Source: an uncultured delta proteobacterium (GTDB lineage Bacteria > Myxococcota > B64-G9). From it: a stretch of 64,000 bases of DNA. Numbering within the stretch: position 1 is the stretch's first letter; every line of letters starts with the position of its first letter. The stretch covers positions 256,001 through 320,000 of the forward strand of contig CAVWHX010000004.1 of NCBI GenBank assembly GCA_963754925.1. The letters are read 5' to 3'. The notes under the pieces are model-generated. The model was given only the letters and a program-made list of their open reading frames with translations. It was not told the origin of the DNA and searched no databases. The position numbers and the translations under genes are program-made. Below, one piece after another: positions 31,155 through 42,904 of this stretch.

Positions 31155-33758
31155 GTGGCTCGACAGACCTTGTTGCTGGTCGACGGGGATGCGAAATCCC
31201 TCAGGGTGATGGAGGTTAGCCTCCGGAAGGCCGGCTATTCGGTTACCACTGCCGTCAATGGCACGGACGCCTTAGAGAAGGTCAACATCTCACCTCCCGA
31301 CCTGATCATCTCCGACATCAAAATGCCCGTGATGGATGGCTTTGAGTTCTGTAAAAAGATTAAAGCGAACTCCAAGGCCGCCGCCATTCCTTTTATTTTC
31401 CTGACCAACCAGAAAGCCATTGAGGATAAAATTCGCGGGCTTGAGTTGGGCGTTGATGATTACCTAACCAAACCGATCTACATCAAGGAGATTATTACCC
31501 GGGTAAAGATACTGCTCCAGAAGTACGAACGCGAAGGTCTACAGCGACGGGATCAGAAAGCTCACTTTGTTGGCTCACTTGCGGAGATGGGCGTGGTCGA
31601 TCTGATCCAAACCATCGAGATCGGCCGCAAGACCGGCGTCATGTTTCTTACCTCAACCGAAGGCCACTCCAAACAGGGCAAGATCTTCTTCCGCAATGGC
31701 AAAGTGATCGACGCCGAGAGCGGTAAACTACGAGGCGAACAAGCGGTATACCGCTTGTTGCTGTGGGGCTCTGGCGACTTTGAGATCGACTTCCAAGTAA
31801 GCTTGGTTCATCCGGACAACATCGCGCTCTCCAGCCAGGGACTGCTCATGGAAGGCATGCGTCGCGTGGACGAATGGGGGCGGATGTTTGAACAGCTCCC
31901 ACCGCTTGAGACGATCTTCGAGGTCGACTACCTTGAGCTCGCCGATCGACTCAGCGAGATCCCCGACGAGGTCAACGGTATCCTCAGGCTCTTCGACGGT
32001 CGGCGTTCGTTGCTGGAGGTTGTTGATGACAGCGACTTTGACGATCTCGAGGCTCTGGAGATCATATCGAAGCTTTATTTCGAAGGTCTGATTTATGACT
32101 CACGGCAACGACCGCAGGACGAGCAGCCGAGGATCTCCATTGGTGAGTGGATATCCAAACCTCCCCTTGAAGATCTGCCCGCTCTTCAGCCCAAAAAAGC
32201 ATCCGATGGCGCACCCGTGCACGTGCCGGTGGCTCAACCAGCAGCGCGGACGACCGAGCACGAAGAACTCCTGAGTATCTCTTCCTCCGTGCAGGACACC
32301 GAACCGCCGCCGGACACGGACAACAAAGCTGCCCAAGGACCTCTTCCCGAAGCTCCCCGTGCTTCGACGACAAAGCCCCTCGATGGTTTTGTCACGCAAC
32401 CCCCCGGCGATGCATCGGCACAACCGGTTGAGTTGGCGGCGTCGTCAATCTCCGGTAGTACGTCTGAAGAAGAACGTAACCGAGAGGAATTGGCCGACTT
32501 TTTGGTTGCTCCCGCGGGGCCAAACGATACCACGCCCTCGACTGATGCGACTCAACCGGCAGACAGGCCCCCTGAGCAATCCTGGGTGGTAATCGAAAAA
32601 AAGGAAGGCGAGTACCGAGTCGGCGGAGAGGGATTAGAGGTGTCCGTCGATCTGTTGGCGAAGATATTAAAGGCGAATCTCGTGCCACTGACCGATAGTA
32701 TGTCAGGGCTCGCCAAACTTGAGCCAAGCAAAACGAACACGCTCCGCCTTTCGAACGAACCATCAGACAAACCGAGCACGGCCGCTCCATCGCAGCCGCC
32801 GGAGATCCAACAGGCTCCCACTCAACGCGAACCACCCGAAACGCCGACCCCGATAGGGACCTTGAAATTGAAAAGCAACGCCGAACAACCGAAAGGCTCC
32901 TCTGCGGCGAATCTGAATGCGACTGCATCAGAGATTGTCGAAGACATGGTTACCTTGATGCGCCCGCACCAAACGGTGGAAGGAATGGGCGCCGAGACAT
33001 TCTCGCCGGCCGCAAGCTTGAACAGATCCAACGCTCGTTCACCCTTCGACACCAATCCAAAGGGCGAGCGACTTTCCGGCATATCATGGATTGGCTGGAC
33101 GTCGATGGTGATGATAGTCGGCGCCTGTTTGGGCTTTTTTGGTTGGTGGCTCCACGGCATACTCATCGATCGATCGGATTCGCTGCCTGCGACTGAAAGC
33201 TCAACCCACCCATCGACTCCCGAGTCCGTAACCCAAGCTACCATCGACCAAAGCGGAATATCTGAAGCACCGCAACCAACCGATCAGGAAGACAAGAATA
33301 ATAAACCAGCCGAATTGGTTACTGAACAGAAGGCAGCCAGCCAGGTCAGCGATCAGGGAATTTCCGAACCGGCGGTGGTCAAGCCGGTTGAACCGCTCGC
33401 TAGCGGCTACAACGAAACGTTCAAGCGCGCACAAGCGCTCATGCATGCCAAGAAATTTAAGGCTGCGGCGACGGAGCTTTTGAAAGCGATAGAGATCAAT
33501 CCGACCGGCACCGACGCCATGGTCGCACTGGCCAATGTTTACTTCGAGCTTGGAAAAAACGACCAGGCTATTCGCATGGCCGAACGGGCGCTCAAGATCA
33601 ATCCCAACCACGCCGATGCCCATCTCGCGCTCGGCACCGCGTACCAAACTATCGGCAACAATAAGAAAGCCATCGAGGCGTATCAGACCTATCTTAAATT
33701 AAAGCCAGACGCGCCGCTGGCATCCGAGGTGCGCGCTATTCTCAAGAGCCTTCAATAG
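31155..33758 (+). CDS. response regulator with REC, DUF4388-like domain, low-complexity linker, TM and C-terminal TPR
   Basis: [35 protein letters not shown]...KTG...[11 protein letters not shown]; TPRs after the TM. Confidence 0.85.
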   Translation: MARQTLLLVDGDAKSLRVMEVSLRKAGYSVTTAVNGTDALEKVNISPPDLIISDIKMPVMDGFEFCKKIKANSKAAAIPFIFLTNQKAIEDKIRGLELGVDDYLTKPIYIKEIITRVKILLQKYEREGLQRRDQKAHFVGSLAEMGVVDLIQTIEIGRKTGVMFLTSTEGHSKQGKIFFRNGKVIDAESGKLRGEQAVYRLLLWGSGDFEIDFQVSLVHPDNIALSSQGLLMEGMRRVDEWGRMFEQLPPLETIFEVDYLELADRLSEIPDEVNGILRLFDGRRSLLEVVDDSDFDDLEALEIISKLYFEGLIYDSRQRPQDEQPRISIGEWISKPPLEDLPALQPKKASDGAPVHVPVAQPAARTTEHEELLSISSSVQDTEPPPDTDNKAAQGPLPEAPRASTTKPLDGFVTQPPGDASAQPVELAASSISGSTSEEERNREELADFLVAPAGPNDTTPSTDATQPADRPPEQSWVVIEKKEGEYRVGGEGLEVSVDLLAKILKANLVPLTDSMSGLAKLEPSKTNTLRLSNEPSDKPSTAAPSQPPEIQQAPTQREPPETPTPIGTLKLKSNAEQPKGSSAANLNATASEIVEDMVTLMRPHQTVEGMGAETFSPAASLNRSNARSPFDTNPKGERLSGISWIGWTSMVMIVGACLGFFGWWLHGILIDRSDSLPATESSTHPSTPESVTQATIDQSGISEAPQPTDQEDKNNKPAELVTEQKAASQVSDQGISEPAVVKPVEPLASGYNETFKRAQALMHAKKFKAAATELLKAIEINPTGTDAMVALANVYFELGKNDQAIRMAERALKINPNHADAHLALGTAYQTIGNNKKAIEAYQTYLKLKPDAPLASEVRAILKSLQ

Positions 33759-33902
33759 CCAAAATACCTTCTCCTGATTCAAAAAATTTCGCGAGAGCTG
33801 CCCCCAGACCGGCAATGACGTATTAACTACCCCCGTCAACAAGAGTATCGTATCGTGCAGGTTCGACGGGGCAACGGCGCCCAAACGTCGGGATGGAAGA
33901 TC

Positions 33903-34907
33903 GTGCTCGTATTGGGTATTGAGTCGTCATGCGATGAATGCGCAGTCGCGCTGGTGTCGGACGGTCCTGTGCTCCTCAGCCAAATGGTTGCGTCGCAAAT
34001 ACCAATCCACGCTCCCTACGGCGGCGTTGTTCCCGAATTGGCCTCGCGCGATCACATTCGTAACGCTATTCCTATGTTAGATGGCGTTCTCAAGCAGGCT
34101 GGCGTGTCCCTGGAAAGAATTGACGGGATCGGCGTCACCGCCGGACCAGGATTAATTGGCTCGCTTCTGGTTGGGGTCACCATGGCGAAAACTCTCGCCT
34201 TTTGTCTCGAGAAACCGCTCTGCGGGATCAACCACCTTGAGGCACATTTGCACGCGGTCTATCTCGAGCAACCGACCTTTCCCTATCCGTATCTGGGATT
34301 GGTGGTTTCAGGAGGACACACTAGCGTCTACCGAGTGGAAGCCGTCGGTCGATTGAAGCTGCTTGGCAGGACCCTCGATGATGCCGCCGGCGAGGCGCTT
34401 GACAAGGTCGCCAAGCTCCTTGGTCTTGGGTACCCCGGTGGGGTATCGATAGAGCGCACCGGGTCTTTCGGCAACCGAACGGCTATCCGCTTTCCGCGCC
34501 CGATGCGCACGCGCGACGCCAATTTCAGCTTTAGCGGGCTCAAGACAGCCGCGGTCGTCCGCGTCAAGGAACAGGGCATGCCGAGCGGGCAACGTCTGAA
34601 CGATTTCGCGGCAAGTTTTCAAGAAGCGGTGGTTGACACTCTGGTGCGTCAGACCATCGCCGCCGCAACGCGGGAACATCTTACCCGCATCCTGGTGGCC
34701 GGCGGCGTCGCGGCCAATAGCCGGTTGCGCGAAGAAATGACGCGGCGAGGTGAACGGGAAGGATTGTCGGTAACGTTCCCATCGGTGAGATTGTGCACCG
34801 ACAACGCAGCCATGGTGGCGACGTTGTCCCATCGCTACCTATCGGCAGGGCGTGACGACGGACTCTCACTTGACGCCGACGCGGGGTTGGGATGGGCGCA
34901 TCGGTAA
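33903..34907 (+). CDS. tsaD: tRNA N6-adenosine threonylcarbamoyltransferase
   Basis: LGIESSCDE, GGVVPELASR.H, GPGL.GSL, NHLEAH, SGGHT, DDAAGEA.DK, CTDNAAM. Confidence 0.97.
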   Translation: MLVLGIESSCDECAVALVSDGPVLLSQMVASQIPIHAPYGGVVPELASRDHIRNAIPMLDGVLKQAGVSLERIDGIGVTAGPGLIGSLLVGVTMAKTLAFCLEKPLCGINHLEAHLHAVYLEQPTFPYPYLGLVVSGGHTSVYRVEAVGRLKLLGRTLDDAAGEALDKVAKLLGLGYPGGVSIERTGSFGNRTAIRFPRPMRTRDANFSFSGLKTAAVVRVKEQGMPSGQRLNDFAASFQEAVVDTLVRQTIAAATREHLTRILVAGGVAANSRLREEMTRRGEREGLSVTFPSVRLCTDNAAMVATLSHRYLSAGRDDGLSLDADAGLGWAHR

Positions 34908-35758
34908 ACGTCCGCGCTTTGCTGCGTGCATACGGGCTTCGACCAAAGCGAACCTGGAGTCAAAACTTTTTGGTTGATAGCGCTGTCATCCAGGCCATCG
35001 CACAACACGCCACCCGGGGCAACCCGCCCGTAGTGGTGGAACTCGGCGCCGGGCTCGGCGTTTTGACCCGTATGCTGGCGCAGGGCTGTCCGCGAGTGGT
35101 GGCGGTGGAGCGTGACCGCGATCTTGCCCGGGTATTGCGATCTGAGTTTGCCGGCAACAGCCGGGTCGAGATACTGGAGGACAACGCTGCCACATTAGAT
35201 TGGCGAGAACTATGCGGGCGCGTTGGAACGCCGGTTGTTGTCGGGAACCTGCCCTATCACATGGCGACGCCGATCCTTTTCCAGGTGCTTGAGGCCGGAA
35301 CGCTGGTTGAGCGTTTTATATTAATGTTTCAACGCGAAATGGCAGCGCGGTTGACCGCTGCGCCCGGCGGCCGACCGTATGGGGTGCTGAGCATTATGGC
35401 CCAACAACACGCCGAGATTGGCCGAGTCATGGATGTTCCTCCACAGGCGTTCTTTCCCGTACCCAAGGTCCACTCGGCCGTGCTGTGGTTCAAACCCCTT
35501 CCGACGCCGCGCGCGGAAGTCAAAGACCGAGAACTTTTTTCAAAAATAGTACGCGGAGCTTTTAGCCAGCGGCGTAAGACGATCCGCAATTCCCTTCAGG
35601 CCGCCTTGGGAGGCCAGATCGGCAAGGTAGGAATCGAGCGCCTGTTACAACGTGCCGGGGTATCAGCTACGGCTCGACCCGAACAGCTTTCAATCGAGAC
35701 GTTCGCGAAGCTTTCGAATATCTATGACGAGTCTTATCCCGGCAAACTAGGTCAGTAA
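34892..35758 (+). CDS. rsmA: 16S rRNA m6(2)A dimethyltransferase
   Basis: SQNFL, ELGAGLG.LT, VGNLPY, MFQREMA.R, F.P.PKVHS, FSQRRKT. Confidence 0.96.
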   Translation: MGASVNVRALLRAYGLRPKRTWSQNFLVDSAVIQAIAQHATRGNPPVVVELGAGLGVLTRMLAQGCPRVVAVERDRDLARVLRSEFAGNSRVEILEDNAATLDWRELCGRVGTPVVVGNLPYHMATPILFQVLEAGTLVERFILMFQREMAARLTAAPGGRPYGVLSIMAQQHAEIGRVMDVPPQAFFPVPKVHSAVLWFKPLPTPRAEVKDRELFSKIVRGAFSQRRKTIRNSLQAALGGQIGKVGIERLLQRAGVSATARPEQLSIETFAKLSNIYDESYPGKLGQ

Positions 35759-35964
35759 CCGCGCTGTTTAACCGTGGCCATTAAGGATTTCATGTGCGTG
35801 TTGACATAGCGGCGAAATTCAGTCTCGTTGAGGTGCATATCGTTCAGGATTTCTGAAAATATCTCGTCAAAACCTTTGTAGGTATCTCTTCGCATCTTGA
35901 TGGCAATCTTCAAAAGGGCTGCTTGGTACATCCTCTCCTGGTTCTGATTATTTTGCATATCCAC
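35752..35964 (-). CDS. small hypothetical protein
   Basis: 70-aa ORF with GGAGG RBS; no recognised motif. Confidence 0.55.
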   Translation of the reverse strand: MDMQNNQNQERMYQAALLKIAIKMRRDTYKGFDEIFSEILNDMHLNETEFRRYVNTHMKSLMATVKQRGY

Positions 35965-36140
35965 GGAATGCCCTCCTGATAAAAATCATCATTGGTCACA
36001 AATTATTGTAGAGCCAAATCGTTGATAGTGACACTACCCTACAATGCCATACATTGATAGTCAATACTTTTCATTCATTGATGACATATTTTAAAATATC
36101 AACTTGCATAACCGCTGGTTAGCGTCATAGAGTCGTTTTA

Positions 36141-37091
36141 ATGTTCGATATGACCCACCTTGAGCTTTGGATTGCATTTGCCATCATCGTGGCAATTCTC
36201 CTGGTGTTGGATCTGGCGGTGGTTAATCGGGTGGGGCATCAGCTAACTATGCGTGCTGCCCTTCTTTGGAGTTTGGTTTGGATTGGGGTAGCACTATTGT
36301 TCAATATTGGGATCTATTACTTTCTCAGTGGAAAGACAGCGCTTGAATTTATCACTGCATACCTGGTTGAAGAGTCACTATCGATCGACAACTTGTTTGT
36401 TTTTCTGATCCTATTTCGCTATTTCGGCATTGCGGCGCGCCTTCAACATCGCGTGTTATTTTGGGGAGTAATCGGAGCGATTGCCCTCCGCATCACGATG
36501 ATAGTCGCCGGTGTAACCATGGTGAGACATTTCCACTGGCTGTTGTATCTGTTCGGCGCGTTTCTCATCGTTACCGGGGTGAAGCTCGCGCTTGAGAGGC
36601 CCGGATCGTCCGACCCCTCGCGCAACCTGGCGGTGCGGCTTGCACGACGTTTTCTCCCCATTACCGATCGGTCGGATGGGGAGAAATTTTGGGTTAGAAA
36701 AGACGGTCGGCTGTATACCACACCGTTATTTGTCGCCTTGATCACGATCGAATTTTCGGATGTGATATTTGCCCTTGATAGCATTCCGGCTGTCTTCGGC
36801 ATCAGCGAGGATGCGTTCGTGATAATAACCTCGAACATCTTCGCTGTTCTCGGTCTTCGCAGCTTTTACTTTGTCCTCGCGAAGTTCATGGACACGTTTA
36901 GGTTCCTCGGTTTCGGACTGGCAGTCGTATTGACGTTTATCGGCTGTAAAATGTTGCTTAATCCCTGGCTCCAGATTTCCACCGCGCTGGCGCTGGAAGT
37001 GGTGGGTGGGATCCTGGCGGTAGCGGTTGGTTTGTCGATCTGGTCAGAACGTCGCAGCGGCAAAAACTCTACGCGGTCGCCACGCGCCTGA
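36141..37091 (+). CDS. TerC/Alx family membrane protein
   Basis: YLVEESLSIDNLFVF, QHRVLFWG, IEFSDVIFALDSIPA, SNIFAVLGLRS. Confidence 0.95.
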   Translation: MFDMTHLELWIAFAIIVAILLVLDLAVVNRVGHQLTMRAALLWSLVWIGVALLFNIGIYYFLSGKTALEFITAYLVEESLSIDNLFVFLILFRYFGIAARLQHRVLFWGVIGAIALRITMIVAGVTMVRHFHWLLYLFGAFLIVTGVKLALERPGSSDPSRNLAVRLARRFLPITDRSDGEKFWVRKDGRLYTTPLFVALITIEFSDVIFALDSIPAVFGISEDAFVIITSNIFAVLGLRSFYFVLAKFMDTFRFLGFGLAVVLTFIGCKMLLNPWLQISTALALEVVGGILAVAVGLSIWSERRSGKNSTRSPRA

Positions 37092-37713
37092 TTTCTTGGT
37101 CTGGAATAACCCCCGGTCGGGTTACCTGAACCTGGTCGTCGATCACGTCGATTACCGTCGACGCGGGGGCTGGCTGTAGATCACCCGCATCAATAAACAC
37201 GTCCACTCGGCCCAGGAAATTCTTGCGCACCTGGGCAGGCGACGACGCTCCGCTCCTCGAAGCCACATTGGCGCTCGACACAAAGAGCGGCCGGTCACAG
37301 GTACGGAGCACCTGCTGCAGCACCGGTTGATCGGGAACGCGAACACCCAGCTTGCCGTTAGCCTTGGTCAACGCTTTCGTAACCTTCTTCGGAAGAAGAG
37401 GATTCGCTTCAAAAAGAATCGTCAGTGGCCCAGGCCAAAAGGCATGTATCAATCGCTGAGCCATGGGACAGACCGTGGCCGCCACCTTTGAAAGCATGCG
37501 TTCGTCTTTGACAAACACCAGCGTCGGTGCCCAACCGATGCGTCGCTTCGATTGCAGCAAATGGTTAACCGCTTGTTCACTGCTGAGATCGGCAACGATT
37601 CGATAGCTGCCGCCGCATGGTAAGCACACCAACCCACCGTCCCTAAGCACTTGGCATACCTCACGCCACCGTTCAGCATCACCTTCCAAATCCTTCCATG
37701 GAATGGTTTTCAT
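37069..37713 (-). CDS. Sua5/YrdC (TsaC-like) family protein, divergent
   Basis: GGLVCLP, K.R, FWPGPLT, GVRVPD, SSAN, ASTVID. Confidence 0.85.
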   Translation of the reverse strand: MKTIPWKDLEGDAERWREVCQVLRDGGLVCLPCGGSYRIVADLSSEQAVNHLLQSKRRIGWAPTLVFVKDERMLSKVAATVCPMAQRLIHAFWPGPLTILFEANPLLPKKVTKALTKANGKLGVRVPDQPVLQQVLRTCDRPLFVSSANVASRSGASSPAQVRKNFLGRVDVFIDAGDLQPAPASTVIDVIDDQVQVTRPGVIPDQEIRRVATA

Positions 37714-37856
37714 GCCGCCCCCATTCTCGCGGTTTTTCCGATTTAGAATTTTTAGCGCCATTTTGCAAAATTTTCAACTTTAAAGTGTGACCTTGACGCC
37801 AACATCTATTAAAATAACCCCGCGCCAAGGTGATTTATTCCCGGCGTGGTGTGAAC

Positions 37857-38876
37857 ATGCGGCAGGTAACCTCTGGAATGGTATCATTAAAAAGCATACC
37901 GGCGTCGTTCGGATTGATCGTTGCCGTTCTGCTTGGATGCGCGGCGGGGTGGTTCTTTAAACCCGGCGCAACATCGGCGTATTTGGAACTTCAGGCAATT
38001 TCAGATACCGTCCACCGCTTCACTCTTTTGGCCTTGCCACTGGCTATCGTCTTCGCAATCATCAGTGGCATATTGGCACACCGCTTGCGTAATCGTTTTC
38101 GCAATATCTTGGTTGGGATCAGCGCTGTGTCTCTGGGTCTCGGAAGTGGCATCCTGACGTACACCCTGCTCCTTGATACACGCCTCGAGGAGCGCGGTTT
38201 AGTTGGACAGTTTGAGAGCCCGGATGCGTCCGAACTCCCGATCGAAACAGTGAGGGTGAAGGTACTCGGACCTTTTTCCGAAGAACCCGAGGGACCGCAG
38301 GCAGCCAAGCCGCACGCCGTACACCAGGCGCTCCCTAACGGCGATGTTGTCACTCTTGATCGCCAGGGCCTTGCCCGAACGACTGCCGATGGAAACGTGC
38401 GTTGGAATCTGCCGCGGCCTAGCCAAAGACCGAGCAGCCTCCTGATAATCGGAGACTCACTATTCTGGTTATGCGGCGGCGATTACGAGGATGATACGCT
38501 ACTTCTGGTCATTGCTCTTAACTCGGGTCGCGTGCGCTGGTCGTATCATTGCCTCGGTAACCGCGCTTTTCCCCCAGCGGTCGAGGGATTCGATCTCGCT
38601 TTCGCCACCTGGCGACCGGCCACGAGCTCGGTGGTGCTCATGTGGTGGATTGAGCCCAGGCTAACCTGGGCAATTCGCATCGACACTCCCCTGGTGCTGC
38701 CGCCGCGCTTTATGTTATCGGGCATCGAGGTGGCAACCCGCGACGAAGTATTGCTGCTCGCGCGCGACACCGGGCAGGTACTGAAGCGCGAACCAGCGTG
38801 TGAGCATCCAGAAGCCGTTGGAGTTGCTTGTCAGGCCGGGCAGGTGGTAGCCTGGATGCCTAAAGAGACGCCATGA
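37857..38876 (+). CDS. membrane protein with a PQQ-like beta-propeller C-terminus
   Basis: Three N-terminal TM segments; DG..RW, ALNSGRVRW, RDTGQV repeats. Confidence 0.55.
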   Translation: MRQVTSGMVSLKSIPASFGLIVAVLLGCAAGWFFKPGATSAYLELQAISDTVHRFTLLALPLAIVFAIISGILAHRLRNRFRNILVGISAVSLGLGSGILTYTLLLDTRLEERGLVGQFESPDASELPIETVRVKVLGPFSEEPEGPQAAKPHAVHQALPNGDVVTLDRQGLARTTADGNVRWNLPRPSQRPSSLLIIGDSLFWLCGGDYEDDTLLLVIALNSGRVRWSYHCLGNRAFPPAVEGFDLAFATWRPATSSVVLMWWIEPRLTWAIRIDTPLVLPPRFMLSGIEVATRDEVLLLARDTGQVLKREPACEHPEAVGVACQAGQVVAWMPKETP

Positions 38877-39412
38877 GTCCAACCCAGCAAAATATGTTCA
38901 ACACTCCCCTGGCACGGGCGCGGGAACTCAAAGCAGCGGGACGCTACGCCGACGCTCAACAACTGCTCAAATGCGCTCTGGAGGAATTTCCTGCGGACGT
39001 ATCAATCAAGGCGTCGCTCGCCGACGCCTATTACCGCCTGACGCACTTTCGCGAGGCCCTGGCGTTGTCCGGCGAAATTCTCCGCGACGATCCGAACCAT
39101 CCGCAGGCGTTGACCACTATCGGCGACGTGCTGCTCGCCAAAAAGAAACCGCGTGATGCGCTGGCGCAGTTTACGCTCGCGCTCGCTGCGGACGAAAACG
39201 ACTACCTGTGGGCGCGCTGCGCCCGCTGCCATCTCGATCTGAAAGATCTGCCAGCGGCTCTTGCGGCGATACGCCGCGGCCAAGCCCGTGCTCCTGACAA
39301 CGGTGAGCTTTTGCGCCTGCAGATCGAAGTGGCCAAAAAGCTCAACGACCCTGAGCTTGCGCAGGCGGCCGAAGCGCGCCTGGCGCTGCGTTCTCAGAGA
39401 AAGGACTCATGA
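38873..39412 (+). CDS. TPR protein
   Basis: LADAYY...EAL...L...P.H..AL...G TPR pattern. Confidence 0.8.
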   Translation: MSPTQQNMFNTPLARARELKAAGRYADAQQLLKCALEEFPADVSIKASLADAYYRLTHFREALALSGEILRDDPNHPQALTTIGDVLLAKKKPRDALAQFTLALAADENDYLWARCARCHLDLKDLPAALAAIRRGQARAPDNGELLRLQIEVAKKLNDPELAQAAEARLALRSQRKDS

Positions 39413-40176
39413 ATTCGGAGCGGTACAGCCGGCAAATCCTCTTCGCTCCTTTCGGGGAGGCAGGCCAACGCAAGCTCGGTGAAAGCAGCGTGGTCCTCAT
39501 CGGCTGCGGAGCATTGGGCTCCAGCATCGCTAACACCCTGGTGCGCGCTGGAGTCGGCACGCTCACGATTATCGACCCCGATCGACTGGAGCTCAGCAAC
39601 CTCCAGCGTCAAAGCCTGTTCGATGAAGCCGCCGTGGCGGCCCAGCGTTTCAAGGTCGAGGCAGCTTCCGAGCGCCTGCGCCAGATCAACCATGCGGTGG
39701 ACGTCCGCGTCGTTACCGAACGACTGGAACGTCACAACATCGTTCGCCTCATCGGCCGACCGACGGTCATACTTGATGGCTGCGACAACTTTCCGACCCG
39801 TTATTTAGTTAACGATTACAGCGTACGGGAAACTATCCCCTGGATTTTCGGCGCGTGTGCCGCGGCATACGGCCTCGCTATGCCGATCCTGCCCGGCCGC
39901 ACGCCCTGTCTCCGCTGCATTTTCTCCACCCCCCCGGAGGAGGCTCTCACCAGCCAACAAGTCGGCATACTGGCGCCGATTGTCCAGGTGGTGGCGGCGC
40001 TGCAGACAGCCGAAGCGCTGAAAATTCTCAGCGGAAATGCCGCGCAGATTACGCCGATACTCTTTGATGCCGACCTATGGGAAAGCCGCGTGCATACCCT
40101 CAGGTCCGTTGAGCGCGATCCCGGTTGCCCCTGTTGCGCTCAGCGCCGATTCGAGTTTCTCGAGGTCCCCGCATGA
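39409..40176 (+). CDS. ThiF/MoeB family adenylyltransferase
   Basis: [37 protein letters not shown]. Confidence 0.93.
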   Translation: MNSERYSRQILFAPFGEAGQRKLGESSVVLIGCGALGSSIANTLVRAGVGTLTIIDPDRLELSNLQRQSLFDEAAVAAQRFKVEAASERLRQINHAVDVRVVTERLERHNIVRLIGRPTVILDGCDNFPTRYLVNDYSVRETIPWIFGACAAAYGLAMPILPGRTPCLRCIFSTPPEEALTSQQVGILAPIVQVVAALQTAEALKILSGNAAQITPILFDADLWESRVHTLRSVERDPGCPCCAQRRFEFLEVPA

Positions 40177-41894
40177 GATCCAAGAGCAAGTCCCAAGCAT
40201 CATCCCTTTTGCAGGAGGTTCTCGACCAGGCGAAGCGCCAGGGCCGCCTCGACATCGAGGAGTTGAGCGGCGCCTTGCCTTCAGACGCCTCGATTAGCGA
40301 CACTCTGAAATTGCTCGAGGAGATCGAAGAGTTGCGGCTGCCGCCCATCAGCACGCGTGCGCGCTCAGGGATTGCCGGTCGTACCGCGCCGCTGCTGACG
40401 CGCCATCAAGAAGAATCCCTGGCCAAACAAATCCGCCACGGTCGTATCCTGAGCCTCCGGGCCGCCTTGGGTTTTGACAAGGTGGTAGAGGAAACCTTCA
40501 GCCAGCTGCTCGCGGTTGCGAACGGCGCCTCGCCGGTGTGGCGGGTGCTCATGGATTTTGAGGGCAGCGATCCCGATCTCGACGAGCAGGAGGCCATCGA
40601 ACGACTGCAGAATGAGACGCGTCGGCTCCATCAGCACTGGCGTGAATATAAGAAGGAAGAAAAACACAGCCGGCGCCGAACGGCGTCGCGCTGGCCGCGG
40701 ACGATCGCCGATCCGCGCGAAGTGCTGCTTTCGCTCCTGATGCAGCTTGATTTCCGCGATACATTCCTGAATCGATTGCTGCATATGGTAACGCGCCAAG
40801 CCGCCCCGCTCGAGGCTGCGCTGCGGGCATTGCGCGTAACTGAACAGGAGCTCAACCTCGCCCAAGGCACTCTCGGCGGATTAGTCGCGACCCCGGATAA
40901 ACAGGTGATCGAACTCCTGAGGCAGCGGCGACTTTCACACCGGCAGCGCACGCTCTATCACAACAAGATCAAAAATCTGCAACGGGTTGTCGTTAACTGT
41001 CACACCCGTCTCGCGACAACGCCCCGGAACGTGCTCGCAGCGGCAGCCGAGATCCGGCGAGGCATGCGTCAGACCATTCTCGCGCGTCAACATCTCGTGG
41101 AATCAAATCAGCGCCTGGTTATCAGCATCGCTCGGCGCTACCCGCATCCCGGCATGGATTTTCTGGATCTCATCCAAGAGGGCAATCTTGGTTTGATGCG
41201 CGCCGCCGATCGCTTCGACGCCACCCGTGGTTTCCGCTTCGGCACCTACGCCACATGGTGGGTTCGCCAAAGCATCGGTCGATTGCTCGCTGAACAGAGC
41301 GGCGCGGTACGTATTCCTCCCCATGTCCAGGAGTCGCTCTACAAACTTAACCGTCTGACCCGCCGGCAGGTGTTGCAAACCGGCAATGAGCCGAGCATTG
41401 ACGAGCTTGCCAAAAGCCTCGGCAAGACTACCGCACGCGTCAAAGAGATCCTGGCGGCCGGTCGTGCGCCCATTTCGACCGACGCCATGATAGGTGACGC
41501 CGATGATAGTTTAACTTTTTTAGACTTCATTCCCGACCCCCACGAGCTTCCCGATGAGGAGGCCGATCGGCGGGTGCGCCAAACCATCTTGTATGAAGCG
41601 CTCGACGCCCTCAACGAACGCGAGCGCGAAATTGTGCTCATGCGTTTTCAGGATGGGCTGACCCTTCAGGATGTCGGCGAACATTTCGGAGTCACCCGCG
41701 AACGAACCCGCCAGCTTCAGGAGCAGGCAATTCAAAAGGTCAAAAAGCGCATCAAGGCCGATCTGCTGCGACGAATAAGTAGCGACAACGACCAGCTCCC
41801 CGGCCCTGATGCGGGGAAGGGTAAAAAAGTATCGTTACCGGCGAGCGGGCGAAAATCGCAAAAAAAGAAAAGAGACCCTAATCGTGCCGGCTAA
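40173..41894 (+). CDS. sigma-70 family (RpoD-like paralog) sigma factor
   Basis: [56 protein letters not shown]. Confidence 0.92.
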   Translation: MRSKSKSQASSLLQEVLDQAKRQGRLDIEELSGALPSDASISDTLKLLEEIEELRLPPISTRARSGIAGRTAPLLTRHQEESLAKQIRHGRILSLRAALGFDKVVEETFSQLLAVANGASPVWRVLMDFEGSDPDLDEQEAIERLQNETRRLHQHWREYKKEEKHSRRRTASRWPRTIADPREVLLSLLMQLDFRDTFLNRLLHMVTRQAAPLEAALRALRVTEQELNLAQGTLGGLVATPDKQVIELLRQRRLSHRQRTLYHNKIKNLQRVVVNCHTRLATTPRNVLAAAAEIRRGMRQTILARQHLVESNQRLVISIARRYPHPGMDFLDLIQEGNLGLMRAADRFDATRGFRFGTYATWWVRQSIGRLLAEQSGAVRIPPHVQESLYKLNRLTRRQVLQTGNEPSIDELAKSLGKTTARVKEILAAGRAPISTDAMIGDADDSLTFLDFIPDPHELPDEEADRRVRQTILYEALDALNEREREIVLMRFQDGLTLQDVGEHFGVTRERTRQLQEQAIQKVKKRIKADLLRRISSDNDQLPGPDAGKGKKVSLPASGRKSQKKKRDPNRAG

Positions 41895-42883
41895 TCAAAC
41901 GGTCATTGGAGAGATCGAGCGGGCGGTGGCTCTGTATCTCCAGGGGGATATAGAGACGGCGGCGGCGGTTGGATGGCCGCTCGTCGCGCGCTCTCGGCAA
42001 ACTCCCCACGCTGCAATGGTTCACCGATTGGTGGCTGAATTTTTATGTGAACGCGGCTCCTACACCGAGGCGTATGAATTGGCCAGCGAAGCGACTACCA
42101 TCGCCCGGGCAAGCAACAATCCGGCGGAACTTCTCGCATCCACCCTGCTGCTGCTCCGGTGCGAACTCTACCAAGGACAGGTGACTGCGGTCTTTGATAA
42201 ACTTGAAAGAATACACACGCTCACGCCGGACCAACCTCCAGTCATCTTCCTCCGGGGACTCGTGATGGTATTGATGGGCACCCTCGATGCAGCCCAAGAA
42301 ATGCTCGAACACGTCCGCGGTCGCCTTGACGACCTCTCGGGCCCGGGTCAGCACCCCGAACTCGATTTATTTCGGGCAACGGTGCTGTTGACCATAGGTA
42401 AGCTGCACCTGCTCCAACACCGGTTCGACGACGCCAGTGCCGCGCTCGAGCGAGTCACCGGATACGATGTGCCGACTCCCGTGCCAGCGGTTCTGGCGAC
42501 GGCGCTGTGGGGGCTGAGTCTCTGTCAGAGCGGCTATCAGAAGCGCGGGCAGACTCTTCTGGTCCAAGCGATTACCTCGGGGAAAAAAATCTCGGCGCAC
42601 ATTCATGGACACACCCTGGCAGCGGCCGGATTGGCACGGTATCATCAGGGCGATACCCAACAGGCGGTCGAACATCTGCGACACGCGGTGGGTTTGATCA
42701 CCCACCCGCTCGAGCGCCAGGAAAGCTTTTATACCCTGGGAGCATTGGCGGTTGCGAGCGATAGCAGCGACGAGGCTGCCGCGGCTTTCCGGCGCGCCTG
42801 TGAGCCGTCGGGCGAAACCTTACTTCGGACGCCTGTCCACCCGAAGGTTGCACGAGATTGTCGGGCTGCGCGTGCTTTCTTAA
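41884..42883 (+). CDS. TPR-like protein, probable frameshift near 42820
   Basis: Helical repeats; the corrected frame ends YFGRLS...VGLRVLS at 42883, avoiding overlap with the GNAT gene. Confidence 0.6.
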
Positions 42884-42904
42884 TCGAGCAGGGATGTTTC
42901 GACT

